From an uncultured Alphaproteobacteria bacterium (lineage in GTDB: Bacteria; Pseudomonadota; Alphaproteobacteria; Rs-D84), in contig CALXMN010000003.1 of assembly GCA_944389495.1 (NCBI GenBank), forward strand, positions 10,862 to 74,861: 64,000 nt of DNA, given 5' to 3'. Shown here piece by piece: positions 38,238 through 49,683 of the stretch; the first letter of the stretch is position 1, and every line of letters begins with the position of its first letter. Below the pieces are notes generated by a model that saw only the letters and a list, made by a program, of their open reading frames with translations, was not told the DNA's origin and searched no databases. The position numbers were made by a program, and so were the translations under genes.

Positions 38238-38366
38238 TTATTATAATATCGTGTTATGTTTATTAATGCAAGGGGTTAATACTTATACCCGACGTTCACG
38301 ATTACCGCCGAACCACCCCACAAATCATATACGTTGGAATAAAAACGCCGCCCATTTGGGCGGAAT

Positions 38367-39080
38367 TTATCGTTGTTTTATATCCTCTATTGGAATTATT
38401 GCGGCCGGTGTTGGACCCATTTGTCCGTTATAGTGACTGGCGCGGTTTTCATTATATGGTATTCTGTCGCCAATAAATTGTTCGTAATAAATCTGGCCTA
38501 TACGCATATTGGGATATACGACCGTCGGATACAGCACACGTATTTCCAATGTCCATTGACCACAGAATCCATCATCACCACGGCCGGCCGTATGATGATT
38601 TAATATAAAGTTACGTCCCACAGATGATTTACCATCAATATATGGGAACAGGTTATATGTTTCTGTATATTCCATCGTATGTCCCAGATAGCCAACATCA
38701 GGCGATAAAATTAATCCGCCACTTGGAATTTCCAGATCCTGTGTTTCGTGCAATTTTTCATCGCACGGATCCAACAAGTATTTTGGGTTTCGTGGGTCGT
38801 ACTTTTCTGGATGTCGGTAAAAATCCAGGTATGCCCCATAATCTGTAAACCAATCACGCATAGAATACTTTTGACCACGTTTGTATTCGATTGCCGGTCG
38901 CATACCATACGGCAATGTGTGTTTGTAAATCTTTAATTGATTGCCCAGATGCAGGTCATAACTGTTGCTGCCCAAACATTTTTCATCAAATGGTTCAATA
39001 ATAATATCAGGCTTGTGTTCGGGGTTGGACATATTCGGCGTATGCATACGACGTAAAATTTCAGGACCAGTTAATTGCAT
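38367..39080 (-). CDS. dcd: dCTP deaminase family protein (2'-deoxycytidine 5'-triphosphate deaminase-like, long form)
   Basis: KSSVGRNFILNHHTAGRGDDGFCGQWTLEI matches the dCTP deaminase/dUTPase-fold signature. RBS aaagga before MQLTGPEIL. Confidence 0.7.
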   Translation of the reverse strand: MQLTGPEILRRMHTPNMSNPEHKPDIIIEPFDEKCLGSNSYDLHLGNQLKIYKHTLPYGMRPAIEYKRGQKYSMRDWFTDYGAYLDFYRHPEKYDPRNPKYLLDPCDEKLHETQDLEIPSGGLILSPDVGYLGHTMEYTETYNLFPYIDGKSSVGRNFILNHHTAGRGDDGFCGQWTLEIRVLYPTVVYPNMRIGQIYYEQFIGDRIPYNENRASHYNGQMGPTPAAIIPIEDIKQR

Positions 39081-39185
39081 AAAAAATCCTTTATACGGCT
39101 GCCTCTCCGTGCTGGATTTTACAATACCATTTAATGTTTGCAAGATTTTTATTCACTTTTGCAATTGGTGTGCTATGGTTGCGGT

Positions 39186-40078
39186 ATGACAAATACATAT
39201 TCTGGATTTATTGCAATCGTTGGTCCGACTAATGCGGGTAAAAGTACCCTGATTAACCAAATTATGGGACGCAAGGTATCAATTGTATCGCACAAGGTGC
39301 AAACCACACGCACAAATCTGCGCGCGGTAAAAATGGTTGGCAATCGCCAGTTGATATTTGTTGATACCCCCGGAATTTTTCGTCCGTCGCGTCGTTTGGA
39401 TCGTGCTATGGTTGGGGCGGCAATGGATGCGACTGGTGACGCAGACGCCGTATTGTTGGTTATTGATGCGCAAAAGGGTATAACCGATACAGTGCGCGTG
39501 TTGGTTGAAAAAATCCGCAACCATAAAAATTTGTTTGTTGCATTGAACAAGGTTGATGCTGTATCCAAGCCTGATTTATTGCCAATAACCGCCGAAATAA
39601 ATGAATTGGCGCATCCGCGTGATATATTTATGATTTCTGCGTTAAAGAACGACGGTGTGGATGAAATGTTGCGTGCCTTGGCGGACGTTATGCCAGCCGG
39701 CCCGTATTTGTTTGAAGCGCACGACGCAACGGATGTACCGGATAATTTATATTTATCGGAATTAACACGGGAAAAGATTTATAAATATATTCACCAAGAA
39801 TTGCCTTATCATATAAATGTGGTGACTGAACGTGTTGATGTTGCGGATGACGGCGTTTTGGAAATATATCAAAAAATCGCTGTACGCAGTGATGCGCATA
39901 AAAAGATTGTAATCGGACGCGCGGGTACGCAATTAAAGAAAATCGGAACCGCCGCCCGCCACGATATTCAAGACCAGTGGGGGGTAAATGCGCGCCTGCA
40001 TTTGTTTGTGCGTGTTGAACCGAATTGGGAAGATACGGCTGAAAATTATGAAGACCAGGGGCTGGAATTTAAAAAATA

Positions 40079-40079
<1 letters not shown>
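39186..40079 (+). CDS. era: GTPase Era
   Basis: GPTNAGKSTL (G1), DTPG (G3), NKVD (G4) and a C-terminal KH domain. Start at MTNTYSGF. Confidence 0.9.
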
Positions 40080-42239
<2,160 letters not shown>

Positions 42240-42240
<1 letters not shown>

Positions 42241-42599
42241 TGAGCAAAAGCACAACAGATAAAACGCAACAGATAATCATAAACAAGAATACAAGCCCGG
42301 TGGCCGGTGCACCAAAACTGGTATTGAACAATATTGACAGATTGTATTTGGCCACTGCGGTAAAGTCTGTGCGGAATTTAACATTTATATATACTCTTGT
42401 ATGTCGTAATACCGGCAATCGTCAATACGAGATATTTCCAGTAACAGAGGTTGCCACCTTTGATAACGCGCACGACGCGGCGATATATCATCAAACAGTT
42501 AACCAGGTTATGGCATATCAACAAAAAATGCAGGGCCCACAACAAATAGCAGAAATGTTAAATCAGGAAATCATAACATTTAAACAATTAATGCGATAA
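42240..42599 (+). CDS. Hypothetical protein (119 aa)
   Basis: ORF translationally coupled to tgt. No motif. Confidence 0.35.
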
Positions 42600-42664
42600 A
42601 AAACGGTTGAAATAAAATCCCAAAGTTTATTAAACTGATTCTGTCAGGATTCAAGGAGATTAAA

Positions 42665-43696
42665 ATGCCAAAAAAGAAAAAAGAAATAGAAGTAATTGAT
42701 ATGGGCGGCGCAAAAACGGTTAAAAAGAAAAAATCGTTTGTAACGCGTATCAAGATTGTGTTTGCGGTAATATCTGTTATATGGATTGCATTGGTAATCA
42801 GTTTACCGCTTTGGGTCAAAAATACATATTCCCAACCGATTAAGAAATCCATTGTTGTATCAATGTTTTTCGATCTTCAACGCAATATAGTAGAACAGTA
42901 TGAAAAACTGCTTGATGGCATCAAAGACGCGATTAATCTTGAAGAACCGGTTGCCTTTGCCGTGGACAAGGTTCGTATGGTTGGTGATGCGGTCGATGTT
43001 GTAACTGATACCACAGACAAGGCCAAAGATGTTACCGCCGACGCACAACAGGCCACCGACAAGGTCAGTGAAACAACATCCAAGGTTGGAAAACTGGCGG
43101 GACTGGTTGGTCGTTTTGGTATCGATACCAGTGGCGTGACCGATGCGCTGGACGAAGTAAACAAGGGCGTTGACCAGGTGAACCAGGGGATAGACAAGGC
43201 CAATGAAACGATTGCCAAGGTTGATGATACCGCGGAAATGGTAAATCAAAAATTGGATGAAATAGAAACACAATTAACCGGTTTATTACAGGTTCAAATT
43301 GACGAGATGATTGACGGTGTTATCAAATCGCAACTGGATAAAAGTACGGGCGGTTTGGGAACAACACTGTTAACCAATTATGGCATAGAACACGTATATC
43401 CGTGGCGTCCGTCATCTTGGCCGGTTGCAACCCAGATATATGATGATTTGTCTGCGTCCGATGTCCAGGTTATAACTGTGATTACGGATACGGTTGATAA
43501 ATACTTTAATTATGTTGCGTGGGGATTGGTGATTGCGGTCTGGGTATTGGGACTGTGGATATGGCACGCGATGTTCAAGAAAACAAAATCTGTAATCGCG
43601 CCGTTCATAGTATGCCCACGTTGTGGTCACACATTTGCGGATAAACGCACGGCATACGGATTCCTGCAAATCCTGCAACCGTGGAAGTGGTTGTAA
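42665..43696 (+). CDS. Hypothetical membrane protein with repetitive coiled-coil-like Asp/Lys/Thr-rich region and C-terminal CxxC zinc ribbon
   Basis: TM segment near the N-terminus. Repeats (DKAKDVTADAQQATDKVSETTSKVG...). A second TM segment, then CPRCGHTF. Confidence 0.4.
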   Translation: MPKKKKEIEVIDMGGAKTVKKKKSFVTRIKIVFAVISVIWIALVISLPLWVKNTYSQPIKKSIVVSMFFDLQRNIVEQYEKLLDGIKDAINLEEPVAFAVDKVRMVGDAVDVVTDTTDKAKDVTADAQQATDKVSETTSKVGKLAGLVGRFGIDTSGVTDALDEVNKGVDQVNQGIDKANETIAKVDDTAEMVNQKLDEIETQLTGLLQVQIDEMIDGVIKSQLDKSTGGLGTTLLTNYGIEHVYPWRPSSWPVATQIYDDLSASDVQVITVITDTVDKYFNYVAWGLVIAVWVLGLWIWHAMFKKTKSVIAPFIVCPRCGHTFADKRTAYGFLQILQPWKWL

Positions 43697-43956
43697 ATAT
43701 GGTGGAAAAACGCGAGGTTTCCGGTAATGATTTCGGCGCCCCAGTCAAAGTAAAATTGACTGGGGGCCGATATTTCTTTATTGCGCTGGGGGCAATGATG
43801 ATAATGTTTGCGGCATACGGTGTGGTGGATGCATTAAATGACGCAAATGAATTAAAACGCACTGAATTGGATATTTTGCGGCAAAGATTGGATGTGGCCA
43901 AACGCCAATATACTTTGGATTCACTGAAATATTTCAGCAATCAAAAAATCAGATAA
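43681..43956 (+). CDS. Hypothetical small membrane protein
   Basis: ORF overlapping the previous stop. One TM segment. Confidence 0.3.
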   Translation: MEVVVNMVEKREVSGNDFGAPVKVKLTGGRYFFIALGAMMIMFAAYGVVDALNDANELKRTELDILRQRLDVAKRQYTLDSLKYFSNQKIR

Positions 43957-44005
43957 AAAATTACTTGCAATACAAAAAAAGATATGTCAAAATATGCCAC
44001 ACAGT

Positions 44006-44082
44006 GCGAGCGTAGCTCAGTTGGCTAGAGCGCAACCTTGCCAAGGTTGAGGTCGAGGGTTCGAGCCCCTTTGCTCGCACCA
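44006..44082 (+). tRNA. tRNA-Gly (anticodon GCC)
   Basis: GCGAGCG acceptor, D-loop AGTTGGCTA, anticodon loop TTGCCAA, T-loop TTCGAGC, 3' ACCA. Confidence 0.85.
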
Positions 44083-44300
44083 AAGTTTTGTAAAAATCCG
44101 CCGAATGGTGGATTTTTTTGTTGCTATTTTAATGCAAAGGGGCTCGAACCCGCAGGGTTGCGAGGCGAGCCGCAGGCGAAGTACTTTGCTCGCACCAAAG
44201 TTTTATAAAAATCCGCCGAATGGTGGATTTTTTTGTTGCTATTTTAATGCAAAGGGGCTCGAACCCGCAGGGGGTATGTCACACAACGTAAATCCTGTGC
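44083..44300 (+). repeat. Tandem ~110-bp duplication downstream of tRNA-Gly, containing tRNA 3'-end-like fragments
   Basis: Two near-identical units (aagttttgtaaaaatccgccgaatggtggatttttttgttgctattttaatgcaaaggggctcgaacccgcagg...) and a third partial unit. Each carries a terminator hairpin and a GGGGCTCGAACCCGCAGG T-arm-like segment. One also has ...tttgctcgcacca. Confidence 0.55.
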
Positions 44301-44449
44301 TTTTATTCTTAATTTATATTTACATTTTCTTGTTAATGCTTTATAATAACTGCGAATCCAAGAGATTGGGTTCGGGTTATCTCAAGCCCAGAACATTCGG
44401 TGCGAAGGCATCGTTAATATGATATTATCGGTGTTTTTTTTGCGCCGTT

Positions 44450-44572
44450 ATATCCCTGACCTGTGGTCGGGGAGCTGTTGGTTATAAAATACGCGCAACC
44501 GGAAAGCCAACAGAATCATCAATGTTCTGATTTGAGAACTCCCCGACCGCTCTTGCTTGGGCGGTTGTTTTT
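44450..44572 (+). ncRNA. Candidate structured small RNA with intrinsic terminator. Possibly SRP-RNA-like (weak).
   Basis: Long-range complementarity (gtggtcggggag / ctccccgaccgc; gctgttgg / ccaacag) around a CCGGAAAGCCAACAG segment loosely resembling the SRP RNA domain IV GGAA motif. Terminator accgctcttgcttgggcggt + T-tract. Confidence 0.25.
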
Positions 44573-44592
44573 TATAAAAAAGGATGGTCTAT

Positions 44593-45681
44593 ATGAAAAA
44601 ACTAGCACTATTAACTTCTGTATTGGCTTTGGCCGCGTGTGGTGGGGGTTCCGGCGGCGGTTCTAATGGCGGCGTTCCGGGCACTGTTCCCGGTGGCGAT
44701 GTTCCTGGTACAAATCCGCCCCAGGCCGGCAATGTCGATAAAATAACATCTTTGTTGCCGGAAATCACGGTTGATGGCCCAGATGGACAAAAAACTTATA
44801 CTTTAGAAGATGTAAAATTTTTTGACCCTTCCATAGGTTCAGAAGAAGGTTACTTGACATTCGGGCTTGATGACAATGGTGAAATAGACAGCATAAAAAT
44901 TATGGCTGGTGACACAATAGCAGGAAATGCCACCCGTGGTGATAATGGTTTGTTTAGTCTGACCACAGGCTTTAAATACAAAGTGTCGGGTATCGAAGGG
45001 GGCCAGGATTATTATACGACCGATATTATGTTGCCTGGGGATTATACCACAGAAGCCATCATTAATGCGTTCGAATCTGTGTGGGCGGACAAGGTCAGTC
45101 CAGAAATTATGGACGCAATCAAAGCAAAGGTCGCCAATAACGACATAGAACGCGAAGAAATCGATTATGACTTAGCCGTTGAGTTATACGGTAAAAGTGT
45201 CGGATTAAAATATTCTGACTTTGGGTACAATACAATGTCGTCACCAGACGACCCAAATGATAGTTCGGCTATGTTCGGCGGATACGAGGTTAAAAGAATC
45301 GATAATCCGGTGTTCACAGACAAAATGACCTTTACCGGCAAGGCGATTGCCGCATTGTCCCGGAATGGTAAAAATGCCGAAAAAATAATCGCAACCGATG
45401 ATAATGCGACAACATTGAACTTTGACAATGGCAAGGCAACGTTAACTATGCCGTTCAATGATTGGTATTCCATCATTGTCGAAAATCCAAACAGTCAAAA
45501 ATATATGTTTCGCTATGATGGCGAAACAAAAATTGGCTATGACCTGAATGGCATAGACAACGCCAATATAAATGTTATTTATTATGGCGACAACAACGCC
45601 CCGACCGAGGCCGTTGGTGGCATAAGCTTTGACAACAATGGGGTCGAATTCAAAGGCGCCTTTGGCGTGGCGAAAAAATAA
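44593..45681 (+). CDS. Lipoprotein with Gly/Ser-rich linker. Hypothetical surface protein.
   Basis: Lipobox LALAAC followed by GGGSGGGSNGG. About 360 aa. No recognised domain. Confidence 0.45.
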   Translation: MKKLALLTSVLALAACGGGSGGGSNGGVPGTVPGGDVPGTNPPQAGNVDKITSLLPEITVDGPDGQKTYTLEDVKFFDPSIGSEEGYLTFGLDDNGEIDSIKIMAGDTIAGNATRGDNGLFSLTTGFKYKVSGIEGGQDYYTTDIMLPGDYTTEAIINAFESVWADKVSPEIMDAIKAKVANNDIEREEIDYDLAVELYGKSVGLKYSDFGYNTMSSPDDPNDSSAMFGGYEVKRIDNPVFTDKMTFTGKAIAALSRNGKNAEKIIATDDNATTLNFDNGKATLTMPFNDWYSIIVENPNSQKYMFRYDGETKIGYDLNGIDNANINVIYYGDNNAPTEAVGGISFDNNGVEFKGAFGVAKK

Positions 45682-45951
45682 TGGCAATACGCCCGCTGGG
45701 TCGATGTATAAAATTCATCGACCCATTAAAAATATGTTTACATTTTCAAAAAAGTGTTTATAATTCGACCTTGAAAGTGTGACAGGTTTTGGTGCGACGG
45801 ATCAAGTGCCAGAATTTCATCGGATGGGGACATACGAAAAATGAAATTGGTTTTGAAATTCTTTTATTGATACGGTGCGACCATCAACAAAATTGACGGA
45901 CGCACTTTTTATGCGTCCGTTTTTTAACATCAAAATCCAAGGGATATAAAA

Positions 45952-47427
45952 ATGTCAGAAAACACGAACAACACAAAAATATCAACCAACGAATTACAGG
46001 CGCGTTTGCAAAAGGCCGAAAATATTCGTGCCCGTGACGGTGTTGTTTGGAAAGATAAATATGACCGTACACATACGATTTGTAATGCCCGGGATTTTGC
46101 GGATGGCACACACGTTCGTTTGGCGGGACGTGTAACGGCGTTGCGTTGGCTGGGGAAATTAATGTTTGGTCGCATTTATGACATTGATGGTGAAATTCAA
46201 TTTTCTATGTCGCGCGAAGAACTTGGCGAAGAGCAATATAAATTTATGAAATCCAATGTTGATTTGGGTGATTTTATTGGAATTGATGGCGAATTATATC
46301 ATACAACGGCGGGTGAATTGACCGTACGCGTGGCGAAATATGAAATTTTGTCCAAGGCACTGCGACCATTGCCGGAAAAGTTTCACGGTTTGACGGATAT
46401 GGAAACCCGTTATCGCCAGCGTTATTTGGATATTATATCCAACGAAGACACACGACGCACAATGAAGATGCGTTTCAAGATGTTGCGCCTGATTCGCGAA
46501 TATTTAAATAATAATGGATTTATAGAGGTCGAAACCCCAATTATGCAGGTCGTTGCCAGTGGTGCCGCCGCCCGCCCATTTATTACACATCATAATGCAC
46601 TGGATGCAGATTTTTATCTGCGTATTGCGCCTGAATTGTTTTTAAAGCAGACAATTGCCGCCGGATTTGATCGCGTATATGAATTGGGCAAGAATTTCCG
46701 GAACGAAGGTATGGATGCAATGCATCTCCAGGAATTTACGATGCTGGAATGGTATGCGGCATATTGGAACTATCGCGATAATATAAAATTTTCGTGGGAT
46801 ATGATTCAAAAATTATTGATGGAATTGCGCGGTACATTACAAATTGAATACCAGGGCACAAAACTGGATTTCAGCAAATATGACGAAATTGATTATACCG
46901 CCCGTATGAACGAATTGCTGGGGGTTGATATTCTTGAATTCAAGGATACAGACGCATTAAAACAGCAACTGGTTGCAAATCAGATGTTTACGGCCGACGA
47001 ACTTGAACCGCTGAAATCGGTTCCTGCGATTGTTGACTATGTGTTTAAGCATAAAATCCGTGAACAAATTATTCAACCAACAATTGTATATAATTATCCG
47101 GCGTATTTAATCCCATTGGCACGCAGAAATGATGCGGATAATCGTCGTATTGATATATTCCAGTTAATTGTTTGTGGCGCAGAATTGATAAAGGCTTATT
47201 CCGAATTGGTCGACCCAATTGTCCAGCGTGCCGCCTTTGAAGACCAGGCAAAAAACAAAGCCGCCGGCGATGACGAGGCTTTTGATTTGGACGAAGATTT
47301 CTTGCGCGCGATGGAGCACGGTATGCCACCAATTTCCGGATTGGGTTTGGGAATAGATCGGTTCTTTTCAATTATTGCGGATGCGCCGACATTGCGCGAC
47401 GTGATATTATTCCCAATAATGAAATAG
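45952..47427 (+). CDS. lysS: Lysine--tRNA ligase (class II)
   Basis: OB-fold N-terminus and class II motifs (FRNEG..., GLGLGIDR). Confidence 0.9.
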   Translation: MSENTNNTKISTNELQARLQKAENIRARDGVVWKDKYDRTHTICNARDFADGTHVRLAGRVTALRWLGKLMFGRIYDIDGEIQFSMSREELGEEQYKFMKSNVDLGDFIGIDGELYHTTAGELTVRVAKYEILSKALRPLPEKFHGLTDMETRYRQRYLDIISNEDTRRTMKMRFKMLRLIREYLNNNGFIEVETPIMQVVASGAAARPFITHHNALDADFYLRIAPELFLKQTIAAGFDRVYELGKNFRNEGMDAMHLQEFTMLEWYAAYWNYRDNIKFSWDMIQKLLMELRGTLQIEYQGTKLDFSKYDEIDYTARMNELLGVDILEFKDTDALKQQLVANQMFTADELEPLKSVPAIVDYVFKHKIREQIIQPTIVYNYPAYLIPLARRNDADNRRIDIFQLIVCGAELIKAYSELVDPIVQRAAFEDQAKNKAAGDDEAFDLDEDFLRAMEHGMPPISGLGLGIDRFFSIIADAPTLRDVILFPIMK

Positions 47428-47436
47428 GGGGGCACA

Positions 47437-48864
47437 ATGACATCTTTGTATTCCGAGGGGCTTTCTGCCGACATTGCGGCGGAACACGACCGGAAAAATC
47501 AGGCCGCCATAGAAGATGCCCGTAAGTCTGGGCGTATAAATGACGAAGCCGCTGCTTATTTATCTGAACTGTATTCAGACAGTTTGCAATGGTTTCGCGA
47601 GGTGTTTTATTTCCTTGGCAAATGTTTTGGTGCACCCAAGGCGCCGGTTATGCGTTATGATTATGCAACCGACAGTGCAATTGATGAACCGATTAAGGTT
47701 TCTGATATAAACCCATTATCACCGTATATCGTGCATCATCGTTTGGATGCCGATCCAATGCGTAATCAATTTTTTACCAGTGGCGCGGGACATAAAATTG
47801 ATTTGGCCGTGTCGTCAATTGTAACGGTTATTGTCGGCGCACAAAAAAGCATTAATCGCGCATTGGACAAGGTAACCGGTAAATATTATGCCGCCTATGT
47901 TGATGAAGTTGCCGCCACAGTATATCGTGTAATCGCGGCGCACGAGCGTTTGGCATCGGCCCGTGCGATTGCGGACAAAATTCGCGCCAAATTAAATGAA
48001 AAGTATATATCCACACCATCGGAAACGGTGCTGTCTATTATTGGTTCTGGGCACGAAAAAATCGCGGTGGAATTGGTGCGTGCATTGGACAAAGTGCCAC
48101 GTCCACGTATGCGCCTGCAGGATGTTTGGCGTGTAAAATGCCTGTTTGATTTAATCCCCCAGGCGCGTACGTTCATAGAGCGTGTTTGTGATATGATGCC
48201 GGACAGAATATTATCAGTGCGCGATAATTTTTATGATATGAAAAATCCGCGTAATTATCGCGACGCAAAATTGATAATAGATATTGGCAAAGACGGTCGT
48301 ATTGTTCCGATGGAAATTATATGCCAGGTTCGTACATTCTTTGAATTTGAACGTCAAACGCACGGAAATTATGAAATATCGCGCCGTGCAGAAAATAAAA
48401 AAACGCGCCAAACCGCCCAGACCAGTGCAAACATAGAACGTAAATTGGCCGATTTTATGGAATGCGGTGTCAAAGAATATAATTTAATGATTTGTCAGTG
48501 TCTTGAGGATTTGTTTGACCGTGTCGGTTGGAACATTTTGTACAGCCAGGGTGCGGATGTGTCTATGTTCGATGGCTTTCCAAAGCCGTGCAAACTGTAT
48601 TATCCGTTAAAAATCTTGGATATAATTGTTGACAAATTGGATAACGCAATCGAGAACGAGGTTTTTCGTATCAAGGACGCCCCGGCCAAATTGACCCAGG
48701 CCCAAGAAAGCGAGATTTTTCATTTTATGGCGCGCTTTGTATTGGTTTCTGCAATGCCGTATTTCCAGCACGATTGGACGGTTCCGTCTGATACGATGGC
48801 GGGTAAACTGTTCAACTTTGTAATGACCGAGGTTCAACGTTATTATAAAAAAACAAGTAAATAA
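47437..48864 (+). CDS. Hypothetical protein (475 aa)
   Basis: Long ORF with coding-like composition. No motif recognised. Confidence 0.4.
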   Translation: MTSLYSEGLSADIAAEHDRKNQAAIEDARKSGRINDEAAAYLSELYSDSLQWFREVFYFLGKCFGAPKAPVMRYDYATDSAIDEPIKVSDINPLSPYIVHHRLDADPMRNQFFTSGAGHKIDLAVSSIVTVIVGAQKSINRALDKVTGKYYAAYVDEVAATVYRVIAAHERLASARAIADKIRAKLNEKYISTPSETVLSIIGSGHEKIAVELVRALDKVPRPRMRLQDVWRVKCLFDLIPQARTFIERVCDMMPDRILSVRDNFYDMKNPRNYRDAKLIIDIGKDGRIVPMEIICQVRTFFEFERQTHGNYEISRRAENKKTRQTAQTSANIERKLADFMECGVKEYNLMICQCLEDLFDRVGWNILYSQGADVSMFDGFPKPCKLYYPLKILDIIVDKLDNAIENEVFRIKDAPAKLTQAQESEIFHFMARFVLVSAMPYFQHDWTVPSDTMAGKLFNFVMTEVQRYYKKTSK

Positions 48865-49003
48865 AATGTCTTATTGCCCCAGGAAATCAAACCATAATTT
48901 TCTGGGGTGTTTTTTCTTGCTTTCATAAATTTTATCGGCAACAATTATTACAGGTTCACAGTACTTTGGGAACCATAACAAGCATAAGAAAGGAAGGCAC
49001 ATT

Positions 49004-49348
49004 ATGCGTCAAGGTAAAGTTAAATGGTATAATGGTAAAAAGTGCTTTGGCTTTATTACGCCGGACACACCAAATGAAAATGGCAATATGGATGATGTAT
49101 TTGTTCATTCCAGTGCATTAAAGGCCGCGGGTATCCGATTTTTAAATGAAAATGATATTGTCGAATTTGATGAAGAGGTCCGCAATGATAAACTCTCGGT
49201 AACAACGTTGAAATTGATACAACGTGATGAAGAATCGGCACGTCGATTCCAAGAACGTCGTGCAGAACGTCGTCGCGCCATAGAAGATCGTAAACAGCGC
49301 GCTGAAAAAACAGAACGTCGTACCGGATTTGCGTTTTGGAAAAAATAA
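49004..49348 (+). CDS. cspA: Cold-shock domain protein with basic C-terminal extension
   Basis: GKVKWYNGKKCFGFITPD...VFVHSSAL (RNP1 and RNP2) plus an Arg/Glu-rich tail. Confidence 0.85.
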   Translation: MRQGKVKWYNGKKCFGFITPDTPNENGNMDDVFVHSSALKAAGIRFLNENDIVEFDEEVRNDKLSVTTLKLIQRDEESARRFQERRAERRRAIEDRKQRAEKTERRTGFAFWKK

Positions 49349-49361
49349 ATTTTTATAAAAT

Positions 49362-49392
49362 AACAAAATCAACCGCCCATTTCTGGGCGGTT
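49362..49392 (+). terminator. Intrinsic terminator after csp
   Basis: aaaatcaaccgcccatttctgggcggtttttg. Confidence 0.55.
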
Positions 49393-49554
49393 TTTGTATG
49401 TCGGCCCAGTAAAGTAATTTGATAAAATAAAATATCCACACGGTGGTGTAATATATTTTGCCCGCGATAATAAAAATGCGTCATATTAATTCCCAAATGA
49501 ATAAATTTTAGTTGACTGTACAATGAATTTTTTGATAACATATGCATAAGTGAG

Positions 49555-49663
49555 ATGCCGAAAACAAACCACCGTTTGGATTCGGCGTTTTTATTTTTGC
49601 CAAAATCCCGAAATTTCGGGATTTTTTTATTTCTTGGTATGCCGAATCCAAACGGTGGTTTTT
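49555..49663. repeat. GCCGAA palindromic element
   Basis: ATGCCGAAAACAAACCACCGTTTGGATTCGGC...aaaatcccgaaatttcgggattttttt...ATGCCGAATCCAAACGGTGGTTTTT. Directly upstream of the Cys-rich gene at 49684. Confidence 0.55.
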
Positions 49664-49683
49664 ATGAAAGCAAAGGAAAGAAA

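Noticed and set aside
42877-43273. Minus-strand ORFs (113-137 aa) inside the 42665-43696 gene
   Set aside because: Antisense to a longer ORF with RBS and TM/zinc-ribbon features. They arise from the repetitive low-complexity region.
44463-44666. ORF 44463-44666 (67 aa) overlapping the candidate structured RNA
   Set aside because: It overlaps a terminator hairpin and the lipoprotein gene start. Composition and structure favour non-coding RNA.
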